A stretch of 64,000 bases of DNA from Candidatus Methanoperedenaceae archaeon GB37 (GCA_905171695.1 LR991653.1:1658150-1722149); one strand, 5' to 3'. Shown: positions 11,545-21,203, counted from the first letter of the stretch. The notes: generated from the letters alone by a model not told the origin. Made by a program: numbers and translations.

Positions 11545-11849
11545 TCACCGGTCACCCCCTCATTCTCTTCTTTAATGGCGTCTCTGATTGCAGATACAAA
11601 GTCGGCAGGCTCACAACCAGGTGAGATGATCCCATACTCGGCGTAGACATTCTCGATCGCTCTCACGAGCGCCTCTCTCGATCTTATCGAGAGACCATAG
11701 AGAGCGTCTGTGACATGTATCAGAGCGTCCTCTGGGTAGAGGAAGAAATCACCAGAGAGAATAATATCCCTGATACGATCACGATCGAGCGTGACCTCGC
11801 AGCGGATCAAGCCGCCGCGCGATTTGTATAGACCAATCCTTCTGCTCAT
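11526..11849 (-). CDS. lipoate-protein ligase accessory subunit (LplA C-terminal-domain homologue)
   Basis: 107 aa resembling the LplA C-terminal domain (GGLIRCEV...ILSGDFF). Encoded separately, upstream of and overlapping lplA by 19 nt. Confidence 0.65.
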   Translation of the reverse strand: MSRRIGLYKSRGGLIRCEVTLDRDRIRDIILSGDFFLYPEDALIHVTDALYGLSIRSREALVRAIENVYAEYGIISPGCEPADFVSAIRDAIKEENEGVTGEWMSGV

Positions 11850-11937
11850 AAAGAGTCAATACCACTCCACTCTCCATCTATAGATATCCCTTTCGATCAT
11901 AAAACTTTAATCAAAAAAAGCTATCATTTGACAACGG

Positions 11938-12933
11938 GTGACGATGGCTACCGATTCTCAGATGGTTCGTGTCTCGATCGGGACTCTTGGAGTGCTTGGC
12001 TTGGAACTCGTTTTGATGGACACCGCGCCGAGAACAGCGTATCTCCAGATCTATTCAGAGGATCGCTGCAGGGCTAACTGCAGGTTCTGTTCGCAGGCGC
12101 GAGACTCAGTGGGAGATCTGACCCGTATAGCTCGTGGGATCTACCTACCTTTCGATCGCGCTGTTGTGGTGGATCGGATCAGAGAAGCCTACATGCAGGG
12201 CATTATCAGGCGCGTCTGTATCCAGACCATCATGACTCCGAGCATGTGGAAGGATGCTACAACCCTTGTCACCGAGATCAGAAGAGCCTCTCATATACCG
12301 ATCTCATTTTCAACACACCCGCTTGGGAGAAGACGATACCGCTCGTTGAAGAGACGTGGTGTTGAACGCCTGATAATTCCACTTGACACGTGTACAGAAG
12401 AGCTCTTCGATAAAATAAAGGGCAAGGGTGCAGGGAGTCCTCACCGCTGGAGAAGACACCTCTCAGGGCTCGCTGACGCGATTCAGGTATTTGGGCGTGG
12501 AAAGGTCGGCACACATCTCATAATCGGTTTGGGTGAGAGTGATATGGACGCGATACGGCAGATCGACCGGTTGTGGAGAGACGGCATCGTCACAGCACTC
12601 TTTGCATACACGAGCATCAACGGTTCCAGAATACGTGGTAGGTACTCTGATCCAAGCCACTATCGACGAGTGCAGCTTGCACACTACCTGATCTCAAGAG
12701 GCATTGGTAGATACGATGAGATGAGGTTCGAAGACGGTAGAGTGATAGAGTATGGGATCGATAGGGAGGTTCTCGATAGAATGGTGAGAGATGGTGGAGC
12801 GTTCCAGACAACCGGTTGCCCTGCATGCAACAGACCCTATGCAACAGAGACGCCGAGAAGTATGCGAAACTTCCATAGAAGACCAACAACATCGGAGATA
12901 AAACGGATAAGAGAAGAACTGGGCATGCCATGA
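11938..12933 (+). CDS. radical SAM protein, archaeal LipS1/LipS2-type lipoyl synthase subunit
   Basis: CRANCRFC (CX3CX2C). Divergent from the split lplA and overlaps the next radical SAM gene by 4 nt. Confidence 0.6.
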   Translation: MTMATDSQMVRVSIGTLGVLGLELVLMDTAPRTAYLQIYSEDRCRANCRFCSQARDSVGDLTRIARGIYLPFDRAVVVDRIREAYMQGIIRRVCIQTIMTPSMWKDATTLVTEIRRASHIPISFSTHPLGRRRYRSLKRRGVERLIIPLDTCTEELFDKIKGKGAGSPHRWRRHLSGLADAIQVFGRGKVGTHLIIGLGESDMDAIRQIDRLWRDGIVTALFAYTSINGSRIRGRYSDPSHYRRVQLAHYLISRGIGRYDEMRFEDGRVIEYGIDREVLDRMVRDGGAFQTTGCPACNRPYATETPRSMRNFHRRPTTSEIKRIREELGMP

Positions 12934-13907
12934 CGACAATAACCAGAGAAGAGAGGATTGCAGCAGAGGAGATATCACGCCTCACCCTTGTCTCCAACTC
13001 GCTCAAGGATGCAATGCTTGAATCATTCACCAGGCGAATAGAACTCTTTGAAGACGTGATCCACTTCTATCCACAGCCGTTCACACCACTCTCACTCACA
13101 GGAGAGAGGTGCGAACTCTCCTGCAAGCACTGCAACGCGCATTACCTGAAACACATGATCGATGCCAGCCAGAACCTAACTCGAGTGGGAGAAGAGCTCC
13201 ACAATAGAGGAACAACAGGTATCATCCTGAGCGGTGGAAGCACAAGAGAAGGATACGTGCCACTCTACCAGCATAAAAGAGATATATGGAAGATTAAAGA
13301 GAACACATCCCTCCTGATCAGCGCCCACGTCGGCATGATCACAAGAGAACAGGCAAGAGAGCTGCACTTTCTCGACACAGCACTCGTTGACGTGATAGGG
13401 GACAATAGAACGATTCGTGAGATACTCGGGCTTGAAAAAACGTGTGAAGATATTGAAAACACACTGAGATACTTGAACGATGAGAATATACCGACAGCAC
13501 CACACATCATCGTCGGACTCTCAGAGAAAGGACCCGAAAGCGAACTACACGCACTCGAGATCGCAAGGAAGTACAAACCCAACACCATCGTAATCGTCAT
13601 CTTCATCCCAACACCAGACACACCACTCAGAGAGAGAAACCCACCAGCGATAGAGAACATAATCAAAATCGTGACAACAGCACGCACCACCATTGATGTG
13701 CCAATCTCACTGAGCTGTGTACGACCAGGCGGGCGATACCGCCAACTCTTAGACCACTACGCAATACTCAGTGGCATCGACAGAATCGCAGTCCCATCAC
13801 GAGAAGCATACAGGACAGCAGAAGAGCTCAAACTAAAGATAACAGAACACCCAGGTCTCTGCTGCCCGTGGCAAGAGAATCAACAACCAAAGCCACCCAC
13901 ACAATAA
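12930..13907 (+). CDS. radical SAM protein, archaeal LipS1/LipS2-type lipoyl synthase subunit
   Basis: CELSCKHC (CX3CX2C). Translationally coupled to the preceding radical SAM gene and adjacent to lplA. Confidence 0.6.
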   Translation: MTTITREERIAAEEISRLTLVSNSLKDAMLESFTRRIELFEDVIHFYPQPFTPLSLTGERCELSCKHCNAHYLKHMIDASQNLTRVGEELHNRGTTGIILSGGSTREGYVPLYQHKRDIWKIKENTSLLISAHVGMITREQARELHFLDTALVDVIGDNRTIREILGLEKTCEDIENTLRYLNDENIPTAPHIIVGLSEKGPESELHALEIARKYKPNTIVIVIFIPTPDTPLRERNPPAIENIIKIVTTARTTIDVPISLSCVRPGGRYRQLLDHYAILSGIDRIAVPSREAYRTAEELKLKITEHPGLCCPWQENQQPKPPTQ

Positions 13908-14586
13908 GGATAGAGCAGCAGGATGAGAACTATGGATGCAATACGACTCGAACGTTGGTAGCTATAGTTCATCCCTAAAATAACTTCACCCCCAGATATT
14001 AATATTCTTCATGCTAAAACACCTTACAAAGTAAGAACTAGAAGAGAAATATAGAAAAGAAAGAGACCCAACAATAAAGGAAAGACTGCTTGCAATATTC
14101 CTTTTGTATGACGGAAAGAACATATGACATGAGCAGCTTTGAAGATGTTCTTTATCATGTTGCAGATTAAAAATCTGTCTTTCTACTTTCGTAGAAAACA
14201 GACTTTCTACGAAATAGAAAGGTCTGCAGCTCCCTCAGATCTTTGATCTGAGGAACGGCAAAAGGTCGCTCGCTTGGGACTCTCTTTTTGCTTGTTCTTT
14301 TGTCTTGTTTACTATGTAAACAAGAATTGCTTACAGAGTAAGCAACATTGCGAAGTTTATCTCTAATTGTTAAAGGTTTCCCTCTTACTGCTCTCTTTAT
14401 TGTGGCATCGTAACCCCCTTTGACTCGACTCCGAAGTATCCCTTATCTCGATATACTACCTCACCCTCAATCCCTTAGAATCGAGCTGTATCTGCAGTTC
14501 GCTGCTTACTTTGCAAGCAGCCATCGATTACAGAGTAATCGATTCTTTCTAGATCTCTTTATCTCTACCTGTTTCAATTATTGTTT

Positions 14587-15160
14587 GGACCCGTCCACAT
14601 AAGATTATAAATATGGGAGACTATTTTTTATTTATGCTGAGGGTAAGGTGGGATTGTTGGAGAGTTAAGGTTGTTTGAGAGGAATAAGGTGCTTTTTATA
14701 GGTTGAGATTTCCGGTGTTGCAATCTGTATTCAGACGTCTTCTCTGGGGGAGGACTGCCAGAATTCTCTCTCTGAGCTTCATCCGGTCTCTATAGACCTC
14801 TCTTTGGAAAGAGGGAATGTTTGAAGAGAGATTGCCTGCTTGTATCAGAGAAGAAGAGAAGATACCTGATAGCATTAGACGAAACAGTTGTTAAAGCAAG
14901 ATAAAAGGCGTACTATGCTTATTCTGCTCTTTCGGAGAGAGAAGCCTGGTTGAATCGGTCTTCTCCTTGTTTCAGATTGAAAATCTGAAACTCGCATGAA
15001 ATCCACCCAAAAGATTTCATGCAACACTAAAACAGAGAATAAAGATATTCTTTTGCTCAATTACCTCTTTTAATCCTGTTAAAAACTGGAATTTGTTCTG
15101 TAAGCTCTTTATGCTTTATTATAATCGGTTGGGGTGGTGTTTATATTAAGTGGACACGTC
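14587..15160 (+). mobile_element. MITE copy 1 (574 bp, non-coding)
   Basis: Ends GGACCCGTCCACATAA ... TTAAGTGGACACGTC are inverted repeats. Near-full-length homology to 37128-37697 and, inverted, to 31322-31787. Confidence 0.8.
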
Positions 15161-15306
15161 TACACGGAGAGGTAGAGTGATAAAAAAATATATGTACCAT
15201 CATCGCATAGAAGTTCTTTAGTATCTTGCTGTGCATAAAGTATAAATCTATGCACTCAAGTAAATAATGTGAACGCAAGTGAGTAGTTTCTTGTGATAAT
15301 GCAGAG

Positions 15307-15588
15307 GTGACAGATTTGACAGATGATGATGTGGTGTATATCGGAAATAAACCAGTTATGAACTATGTGTTGGCAGTTGTTACACAGTTCAACAATGGCG
15401 CCAGTGAAGTGACGATCAAAGCACGGGGTCGTGCAATTTCAAGGGCCGTGGATGTTGCAGAGGTTTCAAGGCACAGATTCCTGCCGAATGTCGTTGTGAA
15501 AGATATACAGATCTCCACAGAGAAACTGGAATCTGAACGTGGTGAATCAAACGTTTCATCCATGGAAATACTGCTTAGCACTGATTAA
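15307..15588 (+). CDS. albA: DNA/RNA-binding protein Alba
   Basis: 93 aa with [20 protein letters not shown]...[16 protein letters not shown], a typical Alba sequence. Confidence 0.9.
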   Translation: MTDLTDDDVVYIGNKPVMNYVLAVVTQFNNGASEVTIKARGRAISRAVDVAEVSRHRFLPNVVVKDIQISTEKLESERGESNVSSMEILLSTD

Positions 15589-15640
15589 CATTAAAAAATA
15601 GGTTAATACACCCCCATAGCCTCATTTTATCTATAATTAC

Positions 15641-15673
15641 TCCCACTTTTTCCAGTTTTTTGAAAAATTGGGA
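15641..15673 (+). terminator. hairpin with embedded oligo-T downstream of albA
   Basis: TCCCACTTTTTC / GAAAAATTGGGA is a 12-bp stem with 1 mismatch. A T-run sits in the loop, 53 nt after the albA stop. Confidence 0.3.
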
Positions 15674-15865
15674 GACTGTAAGGAGCATCCAACCAATCTA
15701 GATTACAATCCAATAAACCCGTGCCCTGCATATCTCTCTCCCAAGAGTAAAAACGAGAGTAAACCTATAAGTTTATATGTTGAGAGAAAGATGTTAGATG
15801 GGTTTTTGTCTTCCAGTGGCTATTAATAGCTCTGTGGAGATACCGGAGATACCGAGTTGATTGTT

Positions 15866-16132
15866 ATGAGCGTTGATTCTAATGAGATTATTGGTGGTTG
15901 CATTGCGATACTCGAACGAATACTGGCCGATGATTCAGTTCCGAGGAATATACGGCGTGTTGCAGAAGATATAAAGATGATTTTATTAAATAAAGATGAA
16001 ACTGCTTCTGTGAGGGGAGCTGTGGCTATTTCTAAGCTTGACACGATCAGTAACGACCCTAATATGCCCCTCCACATTCGGACCATGGTGTGGAATCTCG
16101 CAAGTCAGCTTGAGAGAATACCTGTGGATTGA
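15866..16132 (+). CDS. UPF0147-family small protein
   Basis: About 88 aa and helical. Resembles conserved archaeal UPF0147 proteins. ATG at 15866 within tracked ORF 15857..16132. Confidence 0.6.
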   Translation: MSVDSNEIIGGCIAILERILADDSVPRNIRRVAEDIKMILLNKDETASVRGAVAISKLDTISNDPNMPLHIRTMVWNLASQLERIPVD

Positions 16133-16258
16133 GGAATGCCACAACAATAGCGTTTGCGTATTCTATCTTCAAGCTCTCTCTTTAAGGAAAAGGGGGGGTC
16201 TTGATTAACATAAGTTTTTATTGTGTAAGGGTTACTTTATGAGTGGTTTTGAGATTGG

Positions 16259-18031
16259 ATGATGCATCGGATAGGTAGTTTTCTTGAAGATCCCAGGATG
16301 AAGCTCTTGCGCCGATGGACTCTGTATGGCGTCCTGATCGGTATTGTCTCTGGGATTGGTGCTGTTATCTTCTATGGGCTTCTCTCGCTTGTTGCACACT
16401 ATACGCTCGGTGGTATTGCTGGTTATTACCCTGTTCCTCCTGCCGGTGAGGCTCCTCTCTTCGCTGAGGAGTCTGGCAAATCTCTTAACCGACTCTTTCT
16501 GCTTGTAATCCCTGCTTTTGGGGGGCTTATCTCTGGAGTGATTGTCTATACGTTTGCGCCTGAGACTGAAGGCGACGGCACTGATGCCATGATCGAGGCA
16601 TACAACCATAAGAGGGGTATTATACGCAGGAGGGTTCCGATCGTGAAGAGTATAGCCTCTGCTATAACGATTGGAACCGGGGGGAATGCCGGGAGAGAGG
16701 GTCCAATAACTCAGATCGGGGCAGGTTTTGGCTCGGCTCTTGCAGATCGTCTCTCACTCTCGGATCGGGATCGGAGGATGATGGTTCTCTGTGGCAGTGG
16801 TGCCGGGCTTGCGAGCATCTTCCGCGCTCCGTTCGGCGGGGTTCTCTTTGCTCTTGAGATATTGTACCAGCGTGATATTGAGATGGAAGCGATCATACCA
16901 GCATTCGTTTCCTCTGCAGTGGGATACTCGGTATTCACCTATGTCTTTGGATGGGGCTCCCTCTTCAGAACACCCGACTTTGTTTTTTCGCATCCGAGCG
17001 AACTCTTGTTCCACGGGGCGCTCGGTCTCATATGTGCTGGTGTTGGAATACTCTATGTGAAGACCTTCCATGGCATGCGCAAGAGAGTCTTCAAACCATT
17101 GCGGATTAAAAATCACTATAAACCGGCTATTGGCGGTCTTGCGATCGGCGTCATGGCATACTTCTACCCGGAGATACTGGGCACGGGTTATGGTTTGATA
17201 CAGGGAGCTATAGACGGAGAACTTGTACTCTCCACCCTGCTCCTTCTCCTCATGCTGAAGATACTTGCCATTTCATTTACCGTGGGCTCTGGTGGTAGCG
17301 GAGGTCTCTTTGCACCAACACTTGTGGTCGGTGCCATGCTGGGTGGTGCTTTTGGGACGGTTGCACACGAGCTCTTCCCAGGTCTTATAACTCAGCCTGC
17401 TTCCTTCGTCCTCGTTGGGATGGCTGCAATGCTTGCAGGCGTGGCGAAGATACCCATCACCGCTATAGTGATAGTCTCAGAACTGACAGGGAGCTATCAC
17501 CTCCTGGCACCGCTCATGCTTGCATCAACAGCCGCCTATGCACTCACAGGGAGCGTATCTCTCTATGAGAAACAGGTGCCGACCCGCGCAGATTCGCCGG
17601 CACACAGGAAAGAACTCACAGTGAATATACTCGAGACGATCACTGTTGGCAGAGCCATGGACACTAATATTATCACTGTGAGTCCTGAGAAACCTGTTCG
17701 GATGATCCTTGACCTCGTGTACACCTATGGACACAGAGGATACCCAGTTGTAAAGGATCAGAAGCTTATCGGTATCATCACAGTTGAAGACGTGGGGAAA
17801 GTCCCAGCAGAGGAGCGCAATACCCGTACTATCGGTGAGATAATGACGAGGAACGTGATCACAGCAACGCCAGACGAGACGCTCGAAGTGGCTCATAAGC
17901 GGCTGATAAAGCACGATATAGGGCGTCTCCCGGTAGTCCTGAAGGACGATCCTGAACGAATGGTCGGGATGCTGACAAGGTCAGACATCATCCGCATGCA
18001 TGCAAAGATCAGCAGCCAGATTGCTCGATGA
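16259..18031 (+). CDS. ClC-type chloride channel/antiporter with tandem C-terminal CBS domains
   Basis: 590 aa. GNAGREGP and GSGGSGGLFAP selectivity motifs, then a CBS pair after about residue 450. Confidence 0.9.
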   Translation: MMHRIGSFLEDPRMKLLRRWTLYGVLIGIVSGIGAVIFYGLLSLVAHYTLGGIAGYYPVPPAGEAPLFAEESGKSLNRLFLLVIPAFGGLISGVIVYTFAPETEGDGTDAMIEAYNHKRGIIRRRVPIVKSIASAITIGTGGNAGREGPITQIGAGFGSALADRLSLSDRDRRMMVLCGSGAGLASIFRAPFGGVLFALEILYQRDIEMEAIIPAFVSSAVGYSVFTYVFGWGSLFRTPDFVFSHPSELLFHGALGLICAGVGILYVKTFHGMRKRVFKPLRIKNHYKPAIGGLAIGVMAYFYPEILGTGYGLIQGAIDGELVLSTLLLLLMLKILAISFTVGSGGSGGLFAPTLVVGAMLGGAFGTVAHELFPGLITQPASFVLVGMAAMLAGVAKIPITAIVIVSELTGSYHLLAPLMLASTAAYALTGSVSLYEKQVPTRADSPAHRKELTVNILETITVGRAMDTNIITVSPEKPVRMILDLVYTYGHRGYPVVKDQKLIGIITVEDVGKVPAEERNTRTIGEIMTRNVITATPDETLEVAHKRLIKHDIGRLPVVLKDDPERMVGMLTRSDIIRMHAKISSQIAR

Positions 18032-18078
18032 AACGCGAATAGAAAGAGATAAGATAGCGAGTGAGAATAGAATAGAGC

Positions 18079-18678
18079 ATGAACTGGCTCACCATCACAC
18101 AGGGCGAGGCTTCGGTACGACTCGCACGAGATGCCATTAGATCACATTTATTGGGTGACGCAGACCCTTTGGTGCCTGAAGACCCGGTATTTCACGAAAA
18201 ACGAGGGGTATTTGTTACCCTGAACACCAGAAGACATGAGCTGCGTGGATGCATCGGGAGACCTTACCCGATCATGCCGCTTGGAGATGCCATAATAGTG
18301 TCAGCTCAGAACGCAGCCACTGAAGATCCACGATTTCCACCCCTGACGATAGATGAACTTGAGAAGGTCCTCATAGAGGTCACGATTCTCACAACACCAG
18401 AGAGGGTCGATGCCAGACCGATCGACCTGCCCAATCGAGTAGAGATTGGTCGGCATGGATTGATAGTCAGAAAAGGAGGGTATCAGGGACTTTTGCTGCC
18501 GCAGGTCGCAACAGAATACAACTTTGACGCAGAAGAGTTCTTATCGCAGACCTGCATGAAGGCAGGACTCTCACCAGACTGCTGGGTGAAAGGTGCAGAG
18601 ATCTACACGTTCGAAGGACAGATATTCGAGGAGATGCCAGACGGGACTGTGAGAGAGAAGAAGACATATAAAGAGTGA
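18079..18678 (+). CDS. AMMECR1-domain protein
   Basis: 199 aa with the LRGCIG motif characteristic of AMMECR1. Confidence 0.85.
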   Translation: MNWLTITQGEASVRLARDAIRSHLLGDADPLVPEDPVFHEKRGVFVTLNTRRHELRGCIGRPYPIMPLGDAIIVSAQNAATEDPRFPPLTIDELEKVLIEVTILTTPERVDARPIDLPNRVEIGRHGLIVRKGGYQGLLLPQVATEYNFDAEEFLSQTCMKAGLSPDCWVKGAEIYTFEGQIFEEMPDGTVREKKTYKE

Positions 18679-18732
18679 GACCTATCACTTTCTAAGGGGA
18701 GGCTGACGAAGAAGATGCGATCACGAAGATGA

Positions 18733-19866
18733 ATGCTATCGAAGAAGCATCTTCTCATCTTATTGTACGTTTCAGTCTTTCTCGGTCCCTTCGGAGGGAA
18801 CACCGTACTTGCGCTGATTCCATCACTTGAAAGCTACTTTGATGTTGATATCTCGTTTATAGCAGCATCTATCACGATTTACATGATTCCCTTCGCGTTC
18901 TTCCAGATCTTCTCAGGTGCGCTCTCGGATATATACGGAAGAAAAAAGATCATTACCTTTGGTCTGTTTACATTCTCTCTCGCGTCTCTCTGCTGTGCAT
19001 ATTCCACTGTTATCAGCTCTTTCCTTGCTGCAAGAGCGCTGCAGGGACTTGGAAGTGCGTTTGTATCCCCCACAATAATGGCTACAATCGGAGATACGTT
19101 CTCATACAGAGAGCGGGGTAAGGTGATGGGTGGATATGGTGCATCAACCACATCAGGGATTGCATTGGGACCACTCGTCGGTGGATTTCTTGCACTCATC
19201 GATTGGAGACTTGTATTCTTCATGCTCTCCCTCTTCTCTGGTGCGCTCGGACTTCTTTACCTATTCTACTTCAAATCTCCAGAAGGTGATGGAGAATTGA
19301 AGAGCGTATTTGGTAAAATGAAAGGGGTACTCACGAAGAAATCCTTTTTAATTCTCTGCACGATCGGTTTTCTCGTTTTTTTCGGAAATATTGCAGTGAT
19401 GACATTTTTATCGGATACATTGAAACTCTCTGTGACAGAAGATAGAATAGGCATTCTTCTCTCCACATTTGGATTCATAGGGATTGTGACAGCCCCTGTT
19501 GCTGGCTACCTCACAGATTCTATCGGGAGAAAGAAGACGCTACTTACAGGGCTATCCATCATGCTCTGCGCATTCTTAGTATTCCTGCCTCTTGACTCGT
19601 ATATACTGTTCTTCATCCCGATAGCGATAATGGGTATTGGAAGCACAGCCGCGTTCACCTCACTGAACACGATGGTCGTTGAGTGCACGCCAGAATCAAG
19701 AGGAGCGGCTTCTTCTATATACAATAGCTTCCGCTTTCTCGGATACGGCTTATCACCCATCGCAACTCTCCCACTCTACCTATTATCTGGTCTGGATGGG
19801 ATCGTTCTCCTACTTATATGCATAGCCCTCTTGAACATCTCAATCTCAACACGGATTCAGAGGTAG
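18733..19866 (+). CDS. MFS transporter
   Basis: 377 aa with about 12 hydrophobic segments and the MFS loop motif SDIYGRKK. Confidence 0.85.
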   Translation: MLSKKHLLILLYVSVFLGPFGGNTVLALIPSLESYFDVDISFIAASITIYMIPFAFFQIFSGALSDIYGRKKIITFGLFTFSLASLCCAYSTVISSFLAARALQGLGSAFVSPTIMATIGDTFSYRERGKVMGGYGASTTSGIALGPLVGGFLALIDWRLVFFMLSLFSGALGLLYLFYFKSPEGDGELKSVFGKMKGVLTKKSFLILCTIGFLVFFGNIAVMTFLSDTLKLSVTEDRIGILLSTFGFIGIVTAPVAGYLTDSIGRKKTLLTGLSIMLCAFLVFLPLDSYILFFIPIAIMGIGSTAAFTSLNTMVVECTPESRGAASSIYNSFRFLGYGLSPIATLPLYLLSGLDGIVLLLICIALLNISISTRIQR

Positions 19867-19989
19867 AGTGAAAGCAAATTTCATATAAAAAAGTTATATT
19901 CAATTTGCCCCCTCGCTAGAAAAATATTATTTTGGGACGTGCCCGCTTTAAAAACAAACATTTAAATAGATAGATTTAATACTAAATTT

Positions 19990-20667
19990 ATGATGAAGAT
20001 GAAAACAAAAAACTGGACTCCAAAATTCATAGTTTTAGCTATCGTTTGTTTCTTGGTCGGTGTAGGCATTGGTTTAATTGGTTATCATTATTTTTCTCAA
20101 ACCACAATTGGCAGCACAATGGCAGTTTATGAAGATCTTACCCAAGGCAACACTTCAACCAACTGGCAAATTACGAAAATAGAACCAACTAAAGAAATGG
20201 TTGAAAAGATTGTCTTTTATGAGGATGGCAAACAAGAAATTATAGACCTAAAATCTGAAGACGGAAAAGGAATAGCAAGTTTACTTACTCGCAAACTTCA
20301 TGAATTAAATCTACAAGCAACATGTGTTTTTAGCGAGGAAGATATTCGGGAAATAAAGCAAAAAGACAGAGTTGCAGAGTTAATTTTCAAGAAACCAATA
20401 GATATTACAATTTCTCAATGGACTGAGCCAGAAGAAAGATACCATATTCCTGTTGATGAAAAGGGATACAGAATTTTAGAGAATGTTGAAACTGCCATAT
20501 TTATTTTGGAAGATAATCAAGAAAGAGGATTGGAAGCACATATTTTGGTTGGTCATAGAGTTGAAGGAAGAATAGGCTATAGTTGCTGGGCAATAAACAT
20601 TAAAGAAGAAGGAAAACCGGAATTAGATAAAAGTTGGATTGATGGGATAAATAGACTAATGAAATAA
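19990..20667 (+). CDS. hypothetical N-terminally anchored protein (AT-rich island)
   Basis: 225-aa ORF with one N-terminal TM segment. I recognise no motif. Codon composition differs from flanking genes. Confidence 0.45.
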   Translation: MMKMKTKNWTPKFIVLAIVCFLVGVGIGLIGYHYFSQTTIGSTMAVYEDLTQGNTSTNWQITKIEPTKEMVEKIVFYEDGKQEIIDLKSEDGKGIASLLTRKLHELNLQATCVFSEEDIREIKQKDRVAELIFKKPIDITISQWTEPEERYHIPVDEKGYRILENVETAIFILEDNQERGLEAHILVGHRVEGRIGYSCWAINIKEEGKPELDKSWIDGINRLMK

Positions 20668-20702
20668 GCGGGAGCTTCTTTAATTTAAATTTAAAAAACG
20701 CT

Positions 20703-20875
20703 CGGTGGCAAACTCAAAATTTTTCCTTCGGAACGTTGCACTAAAATTTTGCCCTTCGGGGAATATAACAGCGATTAAGAGGTTACGAAGTCTTGCAGAC
20801 TTCTCCACCCAAATTTTTGGCTACGCCAAAAACTTCTCTTAATCGCATATGTTAGTTTCAATTGTGAGTCCGCCG
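20703..20875 (+). other. structured repeat element X1 (candidate ncRNA or attC-like site)
   Basis: Terminal helix 20703-20716/20862-20875, UUCG-type loops, 11-bp helix 20771-20781/20836-20846 enclosing two hairpins. Paralogue of X2 with compensated stem differences. Confidence 0.5.
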
Positions 20876-20878
20876 AAA

Positions 20879-21160
20879 TTACCGTTTTTTGAACCAATTA
20901 ACTAATAAACTTGAAACCAAGTAAGCTACTAATATGCTTAATGGCCAAAAATAAAAATAAGTAAATTCTCCACATCTTGGAATCATTAAACCTGTTTGAA
21001 GTAATAGACCTTCAAAACCAAGATGGACTTTATATTCAACCGAACAAGGCGACTCTAAACAACAACTCCAATAAGCGAAATTAGGGAGTATCAAAACTAA
21101 TAAAATTGTCAATAATACCTTTCCAAAAGTTGGTTTGAAAATTTCTTTGTAGTTCATCAT
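20879..21160 (-). CDS. hypothetical small Cys-containing membrane protein
   Basis: 93-aa ORF with 2-3 hydrophobic segments, bracketed by a 13-bp perfect inverted repeat (20862-20874 / 21204-21216). Confidence 0.4.
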   Translation of the reverse strand: MMNYKEIFKPTFGKVLLTILLVLILPNFAYWSCCLESPCSVEYKVHLGFEGLLLQTGLMIPRCGEFTYFYFWPLSILVAYLVSSLLVNWFKKR

Positions 21161-21203
21161 AAATTATTTAGTCTATATTCTTTAAAATACTTTTGATTTT
21201 AAT

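Noticed and set aside
13990-14130. IS630-like HTH fragment (ELEEKYRKERDPTIKERLLAIFLLYDGKN) preceding the hairpin cluster.
   Set aside because: Only about 25 residues resemble the transposase N-terminus and they are followed by stops. This is too short to call without a profile search.
14875-15060. ORFs inside the MITE copies (14875-15060, 31463-31672, 37216-37431, 37343-37525).
   Set aside because: The frames are not conserved between the three copies because of indels and a 105-bp deletion, and they have no recognisable motifs. The element is best treated as non-coding.
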